Below, one piece after another: positions 1 through 8,781 of a stretch of DNA of 64,000 nucleotides. The first letter of the stretch is position 1, and each line of letters starts with the position of its first letter. Under the pieces are notes generated by a model, which made no database searches, had not been told where the DNA came from, and was given only the letters and a program-made list of their open reading frames with translations. Both the position numbers and the translations under genes were made by a program. Origin of the DNA: Chlamydiales bacterium (lineage in GTDB: Bacteria > Chlamydiota > Chlamydiia > Chlamydiales > JAAKFR01); the NCBI GenBank assembly GCA_024233495.1, contig JACKPM010000002.1, positions 21,377 through 85,376 of the forward strand, in the 5' to 3' direction.

Positions 1-122
1 TGTCGCGATAGGTGTGGCGCTCATTGATTTATGCGCAATTCGAGAACAATGCCACTCCAGAGGAGTTTGCTGCCATCAGCGGCTTTGTTGCGCAATAAAT
101 ATTACTCCTCTACTCTTTCTTT

Positions 123-479
123 ATGACTCTCCCCTATCTTGTTGGAAAACTCTCTTCAGGGACACTTCTTTTTTTGAATGATGCTTTCGAGTGGACCTTA
201 GAAGACGGCTCTTTTACAGGGTGTCAAGGAGCTTCTATGACTGATGCCGTTGAGCAGGCACGTGGAAGGTGGAAAAACGATTTCTTTGCTTTACTCCACT
301 GCGGTTTCCGCTATACTCTCCCCACACGGGATGAGACGGGCACAAACGCTCATTTTCGACAGATGGCTCAAAGCTATAGCGCACCCAATGGCCACTACTT
401 CGACGAAGAGGTAGGACACATGTGCTTTGTTGACTTTGCATCCCAAGAGGCATTGGAAGTGTGGAGAAAGATCAGGTAG
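123..479 (+). CDS. hypothetical protein (118 aa)
   Basis: ATG-initiated ORF with no recognisable motif. Its 3' end overlaps the GTG start of the downstream kinase by 19 nt, so they are probably co-transcribed. Confidence 0.4.
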   Translation: MTLPYLVGKLSSGTLLFLNDAFEWTLEDGSFTGCQGASMTDAVEQARGRWKNDFFALLHCGFRYTLPTRDETGTNAHFRQMAQSYSAPNGHYFDEEVGHMCFVDFASQEALEVWRKIR

Positions 480-3151
480 AAAAAATTGGACGGTACCAAA
501 TTCTCGGGGCAATCGGGAAGGGAGGCATGGGCGAAGTGTTGCGCGCCTATGATCCTGTGTGCGAGCGAGAAGTTGCGATCAAGCGCATCCGCAAAGACAT
601 CAAGCACCACTCCAATCTGACTAAGCGCTTTTTACGGGAAGCTAAGATCACAGCACAGCTCACACATCCTGGCATTGTCTCCATTTATTCGATTCACCAA
701 GAAGAGGATGCGCTCTACTATGTGATGCCACACATTCATGGAGAAACGTTAAAGCAGATTTTAAAAAGTGCACATCAAGGGAAGAGTGAGGCGCCGATCG
801 TCTCTTTGTTACCCATCTTCCGCACGCTTTGCCAAACGATTTCCTATGTGCATTCGAAGGGAATTGTTCACCGAGACATCAAGCCTGAGAACATTTTAGT
901 TGGGGAGTTTGGAGAGGTAATCATTCTCGACTGGGGCATTGCAATGCACCTCACCGACGATGAAGATGAGATGGAGATCATAGGAGAGGAAGGGCTTACC
1001 AGTCCAGGGAAAATGGTGGGAACGGTCGCCTACATGCCCCCTGAGAGGGCGCATGGAGGGAAAGTGAACTTTTCGCTTGATATCTATGCGCTTGGAGTGA
1101 TGCTCTACCAAATTTTGACACTTCACTTCCCCTTCAAGCGTGCGTCTGTGAAAGAGTTCCGCAAGACATCGCATCTGGAGAAGCTACTCGATCCAGAAGA
1201 AATAGCACCATATCGTGAAGTACCACCTCGCTTGTCGCGCATTGTGAAGCGCACACTAGACCCCAATCCCGATGAGCGGTACACCTCTGTAGAGGAGTTG
1301 CTCGATGACCTTAACAGTCACATGGAAGGAACCAGCGAGTGGTTTGAGAGTGCAACGCTCGACATTCACAACAAAAAAGATTGGCTCTTCCAAGAGAATG
1401 TTCTTATCTCCCAATATGTCGCATTGACGCGCACAACAGAAGAAGCAGCGTGGGTGAGCATCATGGTGTCGAAAAACACCTTCCCAGATAACGTGAGGAT
1501 TGAGACCCGTTTTCGCCTTGAGGAGGAGAGTGGCGGCATTGGCTTTTTGCTCAGCGTTCCAGAGATGGAGATGCGCGAAACGCCGATGGAGGGATATTGC
1601 CTATGGATGAGCGGCTCTTTCTCAAAATTCTTCCGCAGCACCGTGGAGGTGATGCACCTCCCCGATCTCGCACTCAAAGAGGGTGTGTGGCACACGCTGC
1701 GCATTGAGCGTTCAGGGAGCACATTGCACTTCACGATTGATGCACAGCTCCGCTTCACCTACGTGAGCTACCTCCCCCTCTTTGGTTCTCACGTTGGCTT
1801 TGTATCCCGCGATGAAAAATTTTCAGTCGACCCCTTCACCATTTCTGTGGGAAGTCAAGAGCTGCATGTGAGCTGTCTCTCTGTACCTGACGCCTTTTTG
1901 GCAAGCAAAGATTACAAGCGAGCGCTTGCTGAATACCGCCGCATCGGCGCCTCATTTCCTGGGCACCGCGAAGGGCGTGAAGCTCTTTTCCGCGCAGGCA
2001 TCACTCTGCTGGAAAAGGCAAAAACCGCGAAGAAGGGGGAGAAGCTCTACGCAACAGCATTGGAAGAATTTTCCAAGCTACGCAAAACGCCGCTCGAATA
2101 TTTAGGAAAATCGCTTGTCTACAAAGCGTTGCGCGACCATACAGAGGAGATTAAGTGTTTAGAGCTGGGCTTGCGCCGCTATAACAAACACCCCCTTGTC
2201 GACTCGTTGCGCGAGCAGATTTGTTACCGCATGCATGAGGCGTCACAAGTGGACCGCCGCTCGGCGTATCAACTCATTCTCATCGCCCTTCGCCTCCTTC
2301 CCGAGGTGATTTCCAAACCCGACACAGTGTGCCTTCTTTCCTACCTCGTGAAGCATTGGGAACAACTCCCCTTTATCGATACTCCTATTGACCTTAAAAG
2401 CCTTACAGAAGAGATCGCTCCTTTCGCAGTCCCTCTCGCCTTTTGGCTAGCAACCCCCTACACATTGCTTGAACTCGTGCCGAAATGCAGTGATTCTTCA
2501 CTAAGCGACCTTATCTTTTGCCTCTTCGAAATTGGAAGCTATGGCCTTGCTGAGAAGTTGCTTCAGGAAAAACAATTCGAAGGAAAAGAGCACTTTACCC
2601 CGCTGCTTACAGGTGAAGCAACATATGAGACGCCGCTGCGCATCTTGTGCTATTTGATGCGTCAAGCGATCAAAAATGATGAAGAAGAAAAGGTGTATGC
2701 ACTTGCAAAGTTTGTCGAATCTACTCCTCTTTCTAAAGAGGAGCGCATCCGTATCGATGCTTGCTGTATTTGGGCGCTGCTCAAAGAGGGGCGCTGGGCA
2801 GAAGCAGGCGCTCTTTTTGACAACTACCCCATTGAAATGCTTGCACAAGAGAGCACCGAACTCTATCCTCTCTACGGCTGCTGGCTCTATGAGACTGAGG
2901 GGGAAGAAATCGCTCTTCTTTTCTTCCAAGGAGTAATCGACACCCCCTTCCCACGCACGTGGGCGCTGCTTGGGCACGAGCTCACCAACAACATCCTTGA
3001 CAATCCAAGTTGGTTCTCTACAAGCTTCTTATGGGAAAGACGCCTTCTTTACCAACAGCTTACCCTTTACTATACTATCGCTGAAAACCCTGAACTTGAA
3101 GCATACTATCGCGAACTTGAGAAAAAGGAGTACATCTATGTCGCTGAATGA
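461..3151 (+). CDS. pknD: Hanks-type Ser/Thr protein kinase with a long C-terminal extension (PknD-like), 896 aa
   Basis: The N-terminal ~290 aa carry a G-loop (GAIGKGGMGEV), the VAIK lysine, the catalytic loop VHRDIKPENIL, DWG in the DFG position and the activation segment GTVAYMPPE. A ~600 aa helical/TPR-like tail follows, as in chlamydial PknD. GTG start. Confidence 0.85.
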   Translation: MEKDQVEKIGRYQILGAIGKGGMGEVLRAYDPVCEREVAIKRIRKDIKHHSNLTKRFLREAKITAQLTHPGIVSIYSIHQEEDALYYVMPHIHGETLKQILKSAHQGKSEAPIVSLLPIFRTLCQTISYVHSKGIVHRDIKPENILVGEFGEVIILDWGIAMHLTDDEDEMEIIGEEGLTSPGKMVGTVAYMPPERAHGGKVNFSLDIYALGVMLYQILTLHFPFKRASVKEFRKTSHLEKLLDPEEIAPYREVPPRLSRIVKRTLDPNPDERYTSVEELLDDLNSHMEGTSEWFESATLDIHNKKDWLFQENVLISQYVALTRTTEEAAWVSIMVSKNTFPDNVRIETRFRLEEESGGIGFLLSVPEMEMRETPMEGYCLWMSGSFSKFFRSTVEVMHLPDLALKEGVWHTLRIERSGSTLHFTIDAQLRFTYVSYLPLFGSHVGFVSRDEKFSVDPFTISVGSQELHVSCLSVPDAFLASKDYKRALAEYRRIGASFPGHREGREALFRAGITLLEKAKTAKKGEKLYATALEEFSKLRKTPLEYLGKSLVYKALRDHTEEIKCLELGLRRYNKHPLVDSLREQICYRMHEASQVDRRSAYQLILIALRLLPEVISKPDTVCLLSYLVKHWEQLPFIDTPIDLKSLTEEIAPFAVPLAFWLATPYTLLELVPKCSDSSLSDLIFCLFEIGSYGLAEKLLQEKQFEGKEHFTPLLTGEATYETPLRILCYLMRQAIKNDEEEKVYALAKFVESTPLSKEERIRIDACCIWALLKEGRWAEAGALFDNYPIEMLAQESTELYPLYGCWLYETEGEEIALLFFQGVIDTPFPRTWALLGHELTNNILDNPSWFSTSFLWERRLLYQQLTLYYTIAENPELEAYYRELEKKEYIYVAE

Positions 3152-3671
3152 CCTGCCCTCTGTGATTGAAACCGAAGTGGTGAACCACGCCTTCTTCAAA
3201 ATTCGGAAGGAGGTGCTCCATATGCAGCACCAAGAAGACTACAACTACTACGTATTGGAGACACGCCCCTTTGCTGTTGCGATCATTGCCACAACACCTG
3301 ACGGTCGCTTTTTGATCAATAGAGAGTACCGCCACCCCTCGCGCACAATCTTACTCGGCGCTCCGGGCGGCTCGACTGACCCTGATGAAGAGCATGAAGC
3401 GTGCGCCAAAAGAGAGCTCCTTGAAGAGACCGGTTACATAGCCAAAAGATATGAAAAACTTGGACAGTCTTACCCCTACTCAGGCGTGTGCCACCAACAA
3501 ACCGTCTTTTACCGCGCCTATGATGCTGAGAAAATCGCCTCGCCCAACCTTGACCACGCAGAGTTCATCGAAACAGTGCTCTACACAAAAGAGGAGCTGC
3601 AAAAGGCTATCAAAGAAAATCCTGTCGACGGTATCTTGCTCGCTGGTCTCTACTTCGCTAGCATCTGCTGA
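3138..3671 (+). CDS. Nudix hydrolase (ADP-ribose pyrophosphatase-like)
   Basis: Nudix box GGSTDPDEEHEACAKRELLEETGY. The start is trimmed to the ATG (MSLNDLP) that overlaps the kinase stop. The longer 2970 ORF lies inside the kinase gene. Confidence 0.8.
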   Translation: MSLNDLPSVIETEVVNHAFFKIRKEVLHMQHQEDYNYYVLETRPFAVAIIATTPDGRFLINREYRHPSRTILLGAPGGSTDPDEEHEACAKRELLEETGYIAKRYEKLGQSYPYSGVCHQQTVFYRAYDAEKIASPNLDHAEFIETVLYTKEELQKAIKENPVDGILLAGLYFASIC

Positions 3672-4525
3672 AGCTTTGCGACTGCGCGCTCTTTTGCCTT
3701 CGCTTCTACTTCAACTGTGAGCAACTCGATCCCTTTCCAACACACAGGAAAATCAGCAATGTCGATGTAGTCGTGGTGCCGCTCTTGATGCTTTTTATCC
3801 CATCCATTGAGTGGACTTGAGATATGAAAAAGAGGCTCCCGATTCCATGTTGAGAGCGCCTTTTGAGTTGCCTCCTCAATGCTCCACTCATCTGGCAGAC
3901 AGCGGTGGTGGTGCACATCATAGACAAGAGGGATACCTAACTTTTCACACAAAGGATAGAGCTCTTGGGGCGTATATGTTTTGTCATCATTCTCAACGGT
4001 AACCTTGATGCGCGCCACTGAAGAAAGGCGGCTCATACTGCGTTCAAAACGCGCTAGTGCTGCCACCTTATCGCCATACGCACCGCCCCCATGAATATTG
4101 ATCACATCAGCCCCCACTAGCTCAGCTACACTCGCCTGCGACTCAATTTCTTTCAGCGAATTTGCCACTACATCCTCTTTAGGAGAGCTCAATACAACAA
4201 ATTGATCGGGATGAAAAGTGAGACGGATCTCTCCCCTCTTCCCAATAGCTGCTAGCCGCCTTGAAAAGGCTTCGGGTAAATCCTTAAGGGTATAGCCCAC
4301 CTCTGGGTGGGTGGCTGCAGGAAGGAACTGACTGTTGATTCGGAAACACCCAATATTGTGCTCCAAACAGTAGACGATCGCCTCCTCAAGCGCTCCAATG
4401 TTGTGCCACACGATCTTCTCGATGTGCTCCATTGGCTTTTCCAAACGCTTCAAGTAAGTGACCGTCGTTTGACGAAACTTGATGGGTACATCAACAAATG
4501 TGCAACAAAGACCAAGTCTAAGCAT
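3650..4525 (-). CDS. uvdE: UV damage endonuclease UvdE
   Basis: Matches UvdE landmarks: TFHPDQF, INIHGGGAYGDK, VENDDKTYT, DVHHH. Length is 291 aa. Convergent 22-nt overlap with the Nudix gene. Confidence 0.85.
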   Translation of the reverse strand: MLRLGLCCTFVDVPIKFRQTTVTYLKRLEKPMEHIEKIVWHNIGALEEAIVYCLEHNIGCFRINSQFLPAATHPEVGYTLKDLPEAFSRRLAAIGKRGEIRLTFHPDQFVVLSSPKEDVVANSLKEIESQASVAELVGADVINIHGGGAYGDKVAALARFERSMSRLSSVARIKVTVENDDKTYTPQELYPLCEKLGIPLVYDVHHHRCLPDEWSIEEATQKALSTWNREPLFHISSPLNGWDKKHQERHHDYIDIADFPVCWKGIELLTVEVEAKAKERAVAKLQQMLAK

Positions 4526-4539
4526 TCTGTGATTCTCTC

Positions 4540-5244
4540 ATGCTTCCCATTAAAAAGCTCATTCTCTATACCTGGGATATGGAAAAAAGCCATCTCAAAG
4601 TTGGCGCGTGGTGCGCCTACATTATGGGCATCTGCTACGTGCTCATCGTCATCTGCGCCTTTCTCTCCCCCCGCTCAATCGCAAGTTACGTCACTTCTGC
4701 TCAATACTTTCGTGACTTTGAAGGGTATGAATGGATCTTTGTCTTTCTCAAAACGCTCATGGTGATTGCAAATGCATCCATGGTGGGCGTGATTGTGGCA
4801 TTCTACTCCATCTCTAACAAAAAAGGGGTACTTACGCTCTTTGCTCTCCTCGCAATTATTGGGGCAGGGATCGGCATGTTTCAAAGTGTGATCGACGCCA
4901 CGACTGTTCCCCACCTCGCAAAAGAGTACGAAATGGCTGACCCTGCGATCAAACACGTCATTATCGCTTTTGGTGTTGCAAATCCTGGAATCTATGCCCT
5001 TTCGCTCGGCACCCCTGGCCTCTGGTTCTTAATCAACTACGCCTTTTTTGCACGCCGCCTTCCAAAATTTCTGGTCCTCTTGGGACTTCTTTGGGGTGCT
5101 GGCAATGTCGTAACAGTGATCGCGCACATGCTTGTACTTGTATGGTTGATCTATTTGGTTGCTCTCGGTGCTGGTATCGCCGCTCCCCTTTGGGCTATTT
5201 GGCAAGCACACTACTTCAACAAGTATTCTTTAACATTGTCGTAA
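4540..5244 (+). CDS. integral membrane protein, unknown function
   Basis: Multiple hydrophobic helices run through the 234 aa ORF. An alternative ATG at 4579 (MEKSHLK) is possible. Confidence 0.5.
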   Translation: MLPIKKLILYTWDMEKSHLKVGAWCAYIMGICYVLIVICAFLSPRSIASYVTSAQYFRDFEGYEWIFVFLKTLMVIANASMVGVIVAFYSISNKKGVLTLFALLAIIGAGIGMFQSVIDATTVPHLAKEYEMADPAIKHVIIAFGVANPGIYALSLGTPGLWFLINYAFFARRLPKFLVLLGLLWGAGNVVTVIAHMLVLVWLIYLVALGAGIAAPLWAIWQAHYFNKYSLTLS

Positions 5245-5271
5245 ATTTACCCTCTCTTTACAATCGCTCGC

Positions 5272-5769
5272 ATGAGACGATTGCTGATTTGCCTATTTTT
5301 ACTTTTTGCTACAACTGCATTTGCATTCACCATTGGACGGGATGGAGAGCCCTACACTTTTGAAGGGAACGAGTGGCAAAACTGCACATACGAAAATGGA
5401 GCGTTTGGATTTGCTGCAGCGTTTCCAGGAAAGCCTTTTAGCGGCATTGCGAACAGCAATGCCTACGCGCATAGCCAGCACAACGGAACCGACTACGAAG
5501 TTCACTGCTCAATTGCGCAAAGCTACACTCCCCCACCATCTCAACAACTATTCATGCAGCAAGTGCAAGCGGCCTTTGGGAAGGATGGCATCGTGAAAAT
5601 GATGAGCGTCGATCAATCGGGAGCACTCTATGTTGCGCAAATTACATTTCGTGGAGTTAACCGCGTTGTGCGTATCTACTGCTCAAGCAACCAGCTCTAC
5701 TGGGCCATTGTGCAAGGCGATGACTTTACGCTTGCCCCAGCCTTCTTTAATTCTATCCGCGTAAAGTGA
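5272..5769 (+). CDS. secreted hypothetical protein
   Basis: N-terminal signal-peptide-like segment MRRLLICLFLLFATTAFA. 165 aa, no known motif. Confidence 0.5.
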   Translation: MRRLLICLFLLFATTAFAFTIGRDGEPYTFEGNEWQNCTYENGAFGFAAAFPGKPFSGIANSNAYAHSQHNGTDYEVHCSIAQSYTPPPSQQLFMQQVQAAFGKDGIVKMMSVDQSGALYVAQITFRGVNRVVRIYCSSNQLYWAIVQGDDFTLAPAFFNSIRVK

Positions 5770-5795
5770 GTGGAATAAGTCAAGTTTTGAAGGCT

Positions 5796-6127
5796 TAGAT
5801 AGTGTCGTCAAATTTTCTCCTTTGTGAGGCGAGAGATTTTCTAGATGGTGTCGTCAAATTTTCTCCTTTGTAAGGCGAGAGATTTTCTAGGCAAAATGCG
5901 CAATCGAAAGCGAAGGGAGTAGCCAAAGCGCTACTTCTGAGGTTGCGAGGGCGCATTTTGGCAGAAAAGATCCGGCTGACAAAGGAGAAAATTCGACGAC
6001 ACCATCTAGGCAAAATGCGCAATCGAAAGCGAAGGGAGTAGCCAAAGCGCTACTTCCGAGGTTGCGAGGGCGCATTTTGGCAGAAAAGATCCGGCTGACA
6101 AAGGAGAAAATTTGACGACACCATCTA
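5796..6127. mobile_element. MITE-A, outer copy (interrupted by a second MITE-A)
   Basis: Order is left arm (5796-5841), a complete inner element (5842-6008), then core plus right arm (6009-6127). Termini are TAGAT(A/G)GTGTCGTCAAATTTTCTCCTTTGT ... ACAAAGGAGAAAATTTGACGACACCATCTA. The whole unit is a long imperfect palindrome. Confidence 0.8.
5842..6008. mobile_element. MITE-A, inner complete copy (167 bp) nested in the outer copy
   Basis: Same length and near-identical sequence to the solo copy at 40650-40816. It is flanked by TA on both sides, exactly at the arm/core junction (tttcTAggc) of the outer copy. Confidence 0.8.
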
Positions 6128-7240
6128 AAGTCTCTTTAAGAAGTTTATTCCAGAGATGAGTTCAATGCCGTGATCGATTTTCTCTTTTTTAAGATCTTTG
6201 ACCACTTGCACAGCAGGCACATCATATCTTTCATGAAAATAGTGAAGCGAGCGGCTTGGTGTCCCATTTGAAAGCTTAACCTCGATTAGCTTTTCTAGCT
6301 TTTTATCAAGCACAAGAGCAAAGTCAACCTCTCGTCTCTCCTTAGTTTGCAGGTAGTGCAAAGCATAAATTTGCGCCTCATAATCCACTTTCTTGTAGAT
6401 AAATTTCAGAAGCGAAAGAGCGATAAGATTTTCAAAAACCACACCTGGATCACCGCGCACCAATCCCAAATCAAAAAAATAGATTTTGGGCTCTTTCAAA
6501 AGACTGCGCACGATGTTGCGTGAAAAAGGTGTGATCCGAAAGACGATATAGAGAGCCTCTAAAATCTGTATGTACTTTTTCACTGTATTTGGCGAAATGG
6601 AAACGTCTTGCGCGATACTGCTATAGGAAATAGGAGAGCCCACTCGCTCCTGTAACATTTCAAATATTAAACGAATCGCCTTTACATTTTGAATATTTTC
6701 AAAATCAAGAACATCTGTACGCAAAAGACTATCGACATATTGGAGGCGCCAACGATCTGCCTCTGTTTTGTTTTCTGCTAAAAAGGGTTCAGGAAATCCT
6801 CCCCGCTCCAGAAAATGCTCTACCGAATAGGGCGCCTTTACCTTTTCACATTCAGAAGGAGAAAGAGGAAGCAGGCGGTGTAGAAAAAACCGTCCAGCTA
6901 AAGAATCCCCTACTTCTGTGAACACCTCCAAACGTGCACTCCCAGTTACCAAGAACTTTTGGTGCGCAACGCGTCCATCATAGACGCCTTTCAAGTAGTT
7001 CTTCCAATCAGGAAGCTTATGGATCTCATCTAAAATCACAAGCTCAACGGAAGGATGCCAGGAGCGATCAAGGATGACTCTGCGATCCTCTGCGACATCG
7101 AAGTTAAGATAGATATGAGAGTCAAACTCTTGAGCTACAGAGATCGAAAGAGTGGTCTTTCCTGCTTGGCGCGGCCCTGTAAGGAAAACCATCTTCTTGT
7201 GTAGATCACGTACAATTGCCTCTTTTTGCTCTCTTTCCAT
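6125..7240 (-). CDS. AAA+ ATPase (COG1373-like, DUF4143-type C-terminal domain)
   Basis: Walker A GPRQAGKTT and Walker B LVILDEIH. The C-terminal half resembles the DUF4143 family (recollection). The start is placed at MEREQKE (7240). The stop codon TAG is the terminal TAG/CTA of MITE-A. Confidence 0.7.
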   Translation of the reverse strand: MEREQKEAIVRDLHKKMVFLTGPRQAGKTTLSISVAQEFDSHIYLNFDVAEDRRVILDRSWHPSVELVILDEIHKLPDWKNYLKGVYDGRVAHQKFLVTGSARLEVFTEVGDSLAGRFFLHRLLPLSPSECEKVKAPYSVEHFLERGGFPEPFLAENKTEADRWRLQYVDSLLRTDVLDFENIQNVKAIRLIFEMLQERVGSPISYSSIAQDVSISPNTVKKYIQILEALYIVFRITPFSRNIVRSLLKEPKIYFFDLGLVRGDPGVVFENLIALSLLKFIYKKVDYEAQIYALHYLQTKERREVDFALVLDKKLEKLIEVKLSNGTPSRSLHYFHERYDVPAVQVVKDLKKEKIDHGIELISGINFLKRL

Positions 7241-7241
7241 A

Positions 7242-7307
7242 CTGACTATTTTGCAGCGCTTTGCAAAAAAGTCAAGACTATTTTGCAAAGCGCTGCAAAA
7301 TAGTCAG
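7242..7307. repeat. perfect 27-bp inverted repeat with a 12-nt spacer
   Basis: CTGACTATTTTGCAGCGCTTTGCAAAA (7242-7268) is the exact reverse complement of 7281-7307. It lies between the divergent ATPase and efflux genes and directly abuts the ATPase ATG. Confidence 0.85.
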
Positions 7308-7362
7308 CACGCTTCCCCCCTCCCATTGACACTTATATCATAATATAATAGATATTCATTGA

Positions 7363-8781
7363 ATGAGGAAGTGGCTTTTCTTTCTACTTTTGCTCTCGGC
7401 ATGCTCGCCAAAACTGCGCAAAGATACGCTCAATGACCCTCTGCCCCAACCCGATTTGCAACAAACAGCTGAGTATGCTCTTAAAAACCAACACTTTTTC
7501 TGGGGAGATTGGCCAAATGAAAAGTGGTGGGAGATGTTTCACTCATGTGAACTTAACTCTCTTGTTGAGCAAGCTCTACAGAGCAACCCCAATATTTTGG
7601 CCGTGCAGCAACGAGTAAATGTGGCGCGCAATGAAGCGATCATCACACGCTCAAAGATTTTTCCACTCATTTTTTTAAATGGAAATGAAGCGTGGCAGTA
7701 TTTGAGCAAAACAGGCTTGCTGCATACTCTCAACCCAGCGCTCACACGCTCAACTGATGACATCTATGCAGCCCTCTCCGTTAACTATGAAGTAGACATT
7801 TGGTGGAAATACCACAATCTCTACTACGCAGCGATGGGGCGAGAGCAAGCAAAAGAAGCTGAGCAAGCACAGGTAGAACTTGTGGTTGCTACGATGCTCT
7901 CACAGGCGTATTTTGCCTTGAAAACCAACCTTGTACGACAAAAGTTGTTTTACCAGTTGCAGGAGGCTCGGCAACTCTTTTTCAATTTAAGCGTCCATGT
8001 GCAAGAGAGAGCGCTAACTTCAATGTTTGAACCCGCTCTCGCTCTTGAACAGCTCGAAGATGCTAAGAAGCTCGTCTATGAGATCGATGCAGAAGTCCGT
8101 AACAACATTCATGTGATCAACATATTGAGAGGTGTAGGACCTGATGAACCAATTTGTGTCGATGAGTTGCCCCTTGAGCCACCAAAAGAGATGGCTATCC
8201 CCGAAACACTCTCTTTGGACTTACTTGCCAGACGTCCCGATCTAGCAGCCGCTATTTTGCGCGCAAAAGCGCAAGCCTTTGAAATCAAGGCTGCAATTGC
8301 AGACTTTGTTCCCAATATCGATTTGCGCGCGATTATTGCGCTCTCCACGTTGCAGTGGAGCGAGCTTTTCCGCGCCTACAGCTCACAGCCAGGTCTATTG
8401 CCTGCACTCCATATGCCGATTTTCACAGCGGGTGCCATTAAGTCGGGTGTGCGGAAAAACACCGCTCTTTTTAATGAGGCGGTGCAAGAGTACAACAGCT
8501 TGCTATTGAAAGCTTCACAAGAAGTCGCTGACCTTCTTGTAGTTTTGGATGCAGTGTATGAAAAGCGAAAGGCGCAGGATGTGATTTTAACCTCAGCAGA
8601 TTTTCGCTATGATTTGGCAAGCCTCAACTATATGCATGGACTGGATAACATGTTCAACGTCTATGAGAAAGAGATTGAATGGATTGAGAAAGCGTTGGTC
8701 GATGTAGAACTAATCTATGCACAGTACACAACTTCGATTGGGTTGATCAAGGCGCTTGGAGGGGGGTATTGCCATAACTAG
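7363..8781 (+). CDS. outer membrane efflux lipoprotein (TolC/NodT-like OMF)
   Basis: Signal peptide with lipobox LLLLSAC. 472 aa with the two-repeat helical OMF-like organisation. First gene of the efflux operon. Confidence 0.75.
   Translation: MRKWLFFLLLLSACSPKLRKDTLNDPLPQPDLQQTAEYALKNQHFFWGDWPNEKWWEMFHSCELNSLVEQALQSNPNILAVQQRVNVARNEAIITRSKIFPLIFLNGNEAWQYLSKTGLLHTLNPALTRSTDDIYAALSVNYEVDIWWKYHNLYYAAMGREQAKEAEQAQVELVVATMLSQAYFALKTNLVRQKLFYQLQEARQLFFNLSVHVQERALTSMFEPALALEQLEDAKKLVYEIDAEVRNNIHVINILRGVGPDEPICVDELPLEPPKEMAIPETLSLDLLARRPDLAAAILRAKAQAFEIKAAIADFVPNIDLRAIIALSTLQWSELFRAYSSQPGLLPALHMPIFTAGAIKSGVRKNTALFNEAVQEYNSLLLKASQEVADLLVVLDAVYEKRKAQDVILTSADFRYDLASLNYMHGLDNMFNVYEKEIEWIEKALVDVELIYAQYTTSIGLIKALGGGYCHN

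Noticed and set aside
1-122. Possible 3' end of an upstream gene at the window edge
   Set aside because: An open frame without a start runs from nt 2 to about 181, but its translation is Cys-rich and low-complexity, and it overlaps the 123-479 ORF. It cannot be supported from this fragment.
5795-6075. ORFs 5795-6022 (-) and 5887-6075 (-), 75 and 62 aa
   Set aside because: They lie entirely inside the nested MITE-A repeats. Their near-identical peptides simply reflect the repeated DNA. There is no start context or coding signal.
5796-6127. Possible CRISPR array (repeated ~46-nt and ~75-nt units)
   Set aside because: The units are palindromic arms and cores of a fold-back element in an L-L-core-R-core-R order. 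There are no unique spacers and no cas genes nearby. The nested-MITE model explains every base.
7326-7354. Promoter for the efflux operon (perfect TTGACA at 7326)
   Set aside because: The perfect TATAAT nearby is only 12 nt away. At 17-nt spacing the -10 would be TAGATA, and the transcript would be nearly leaderless. This is too uncertain to annotate.
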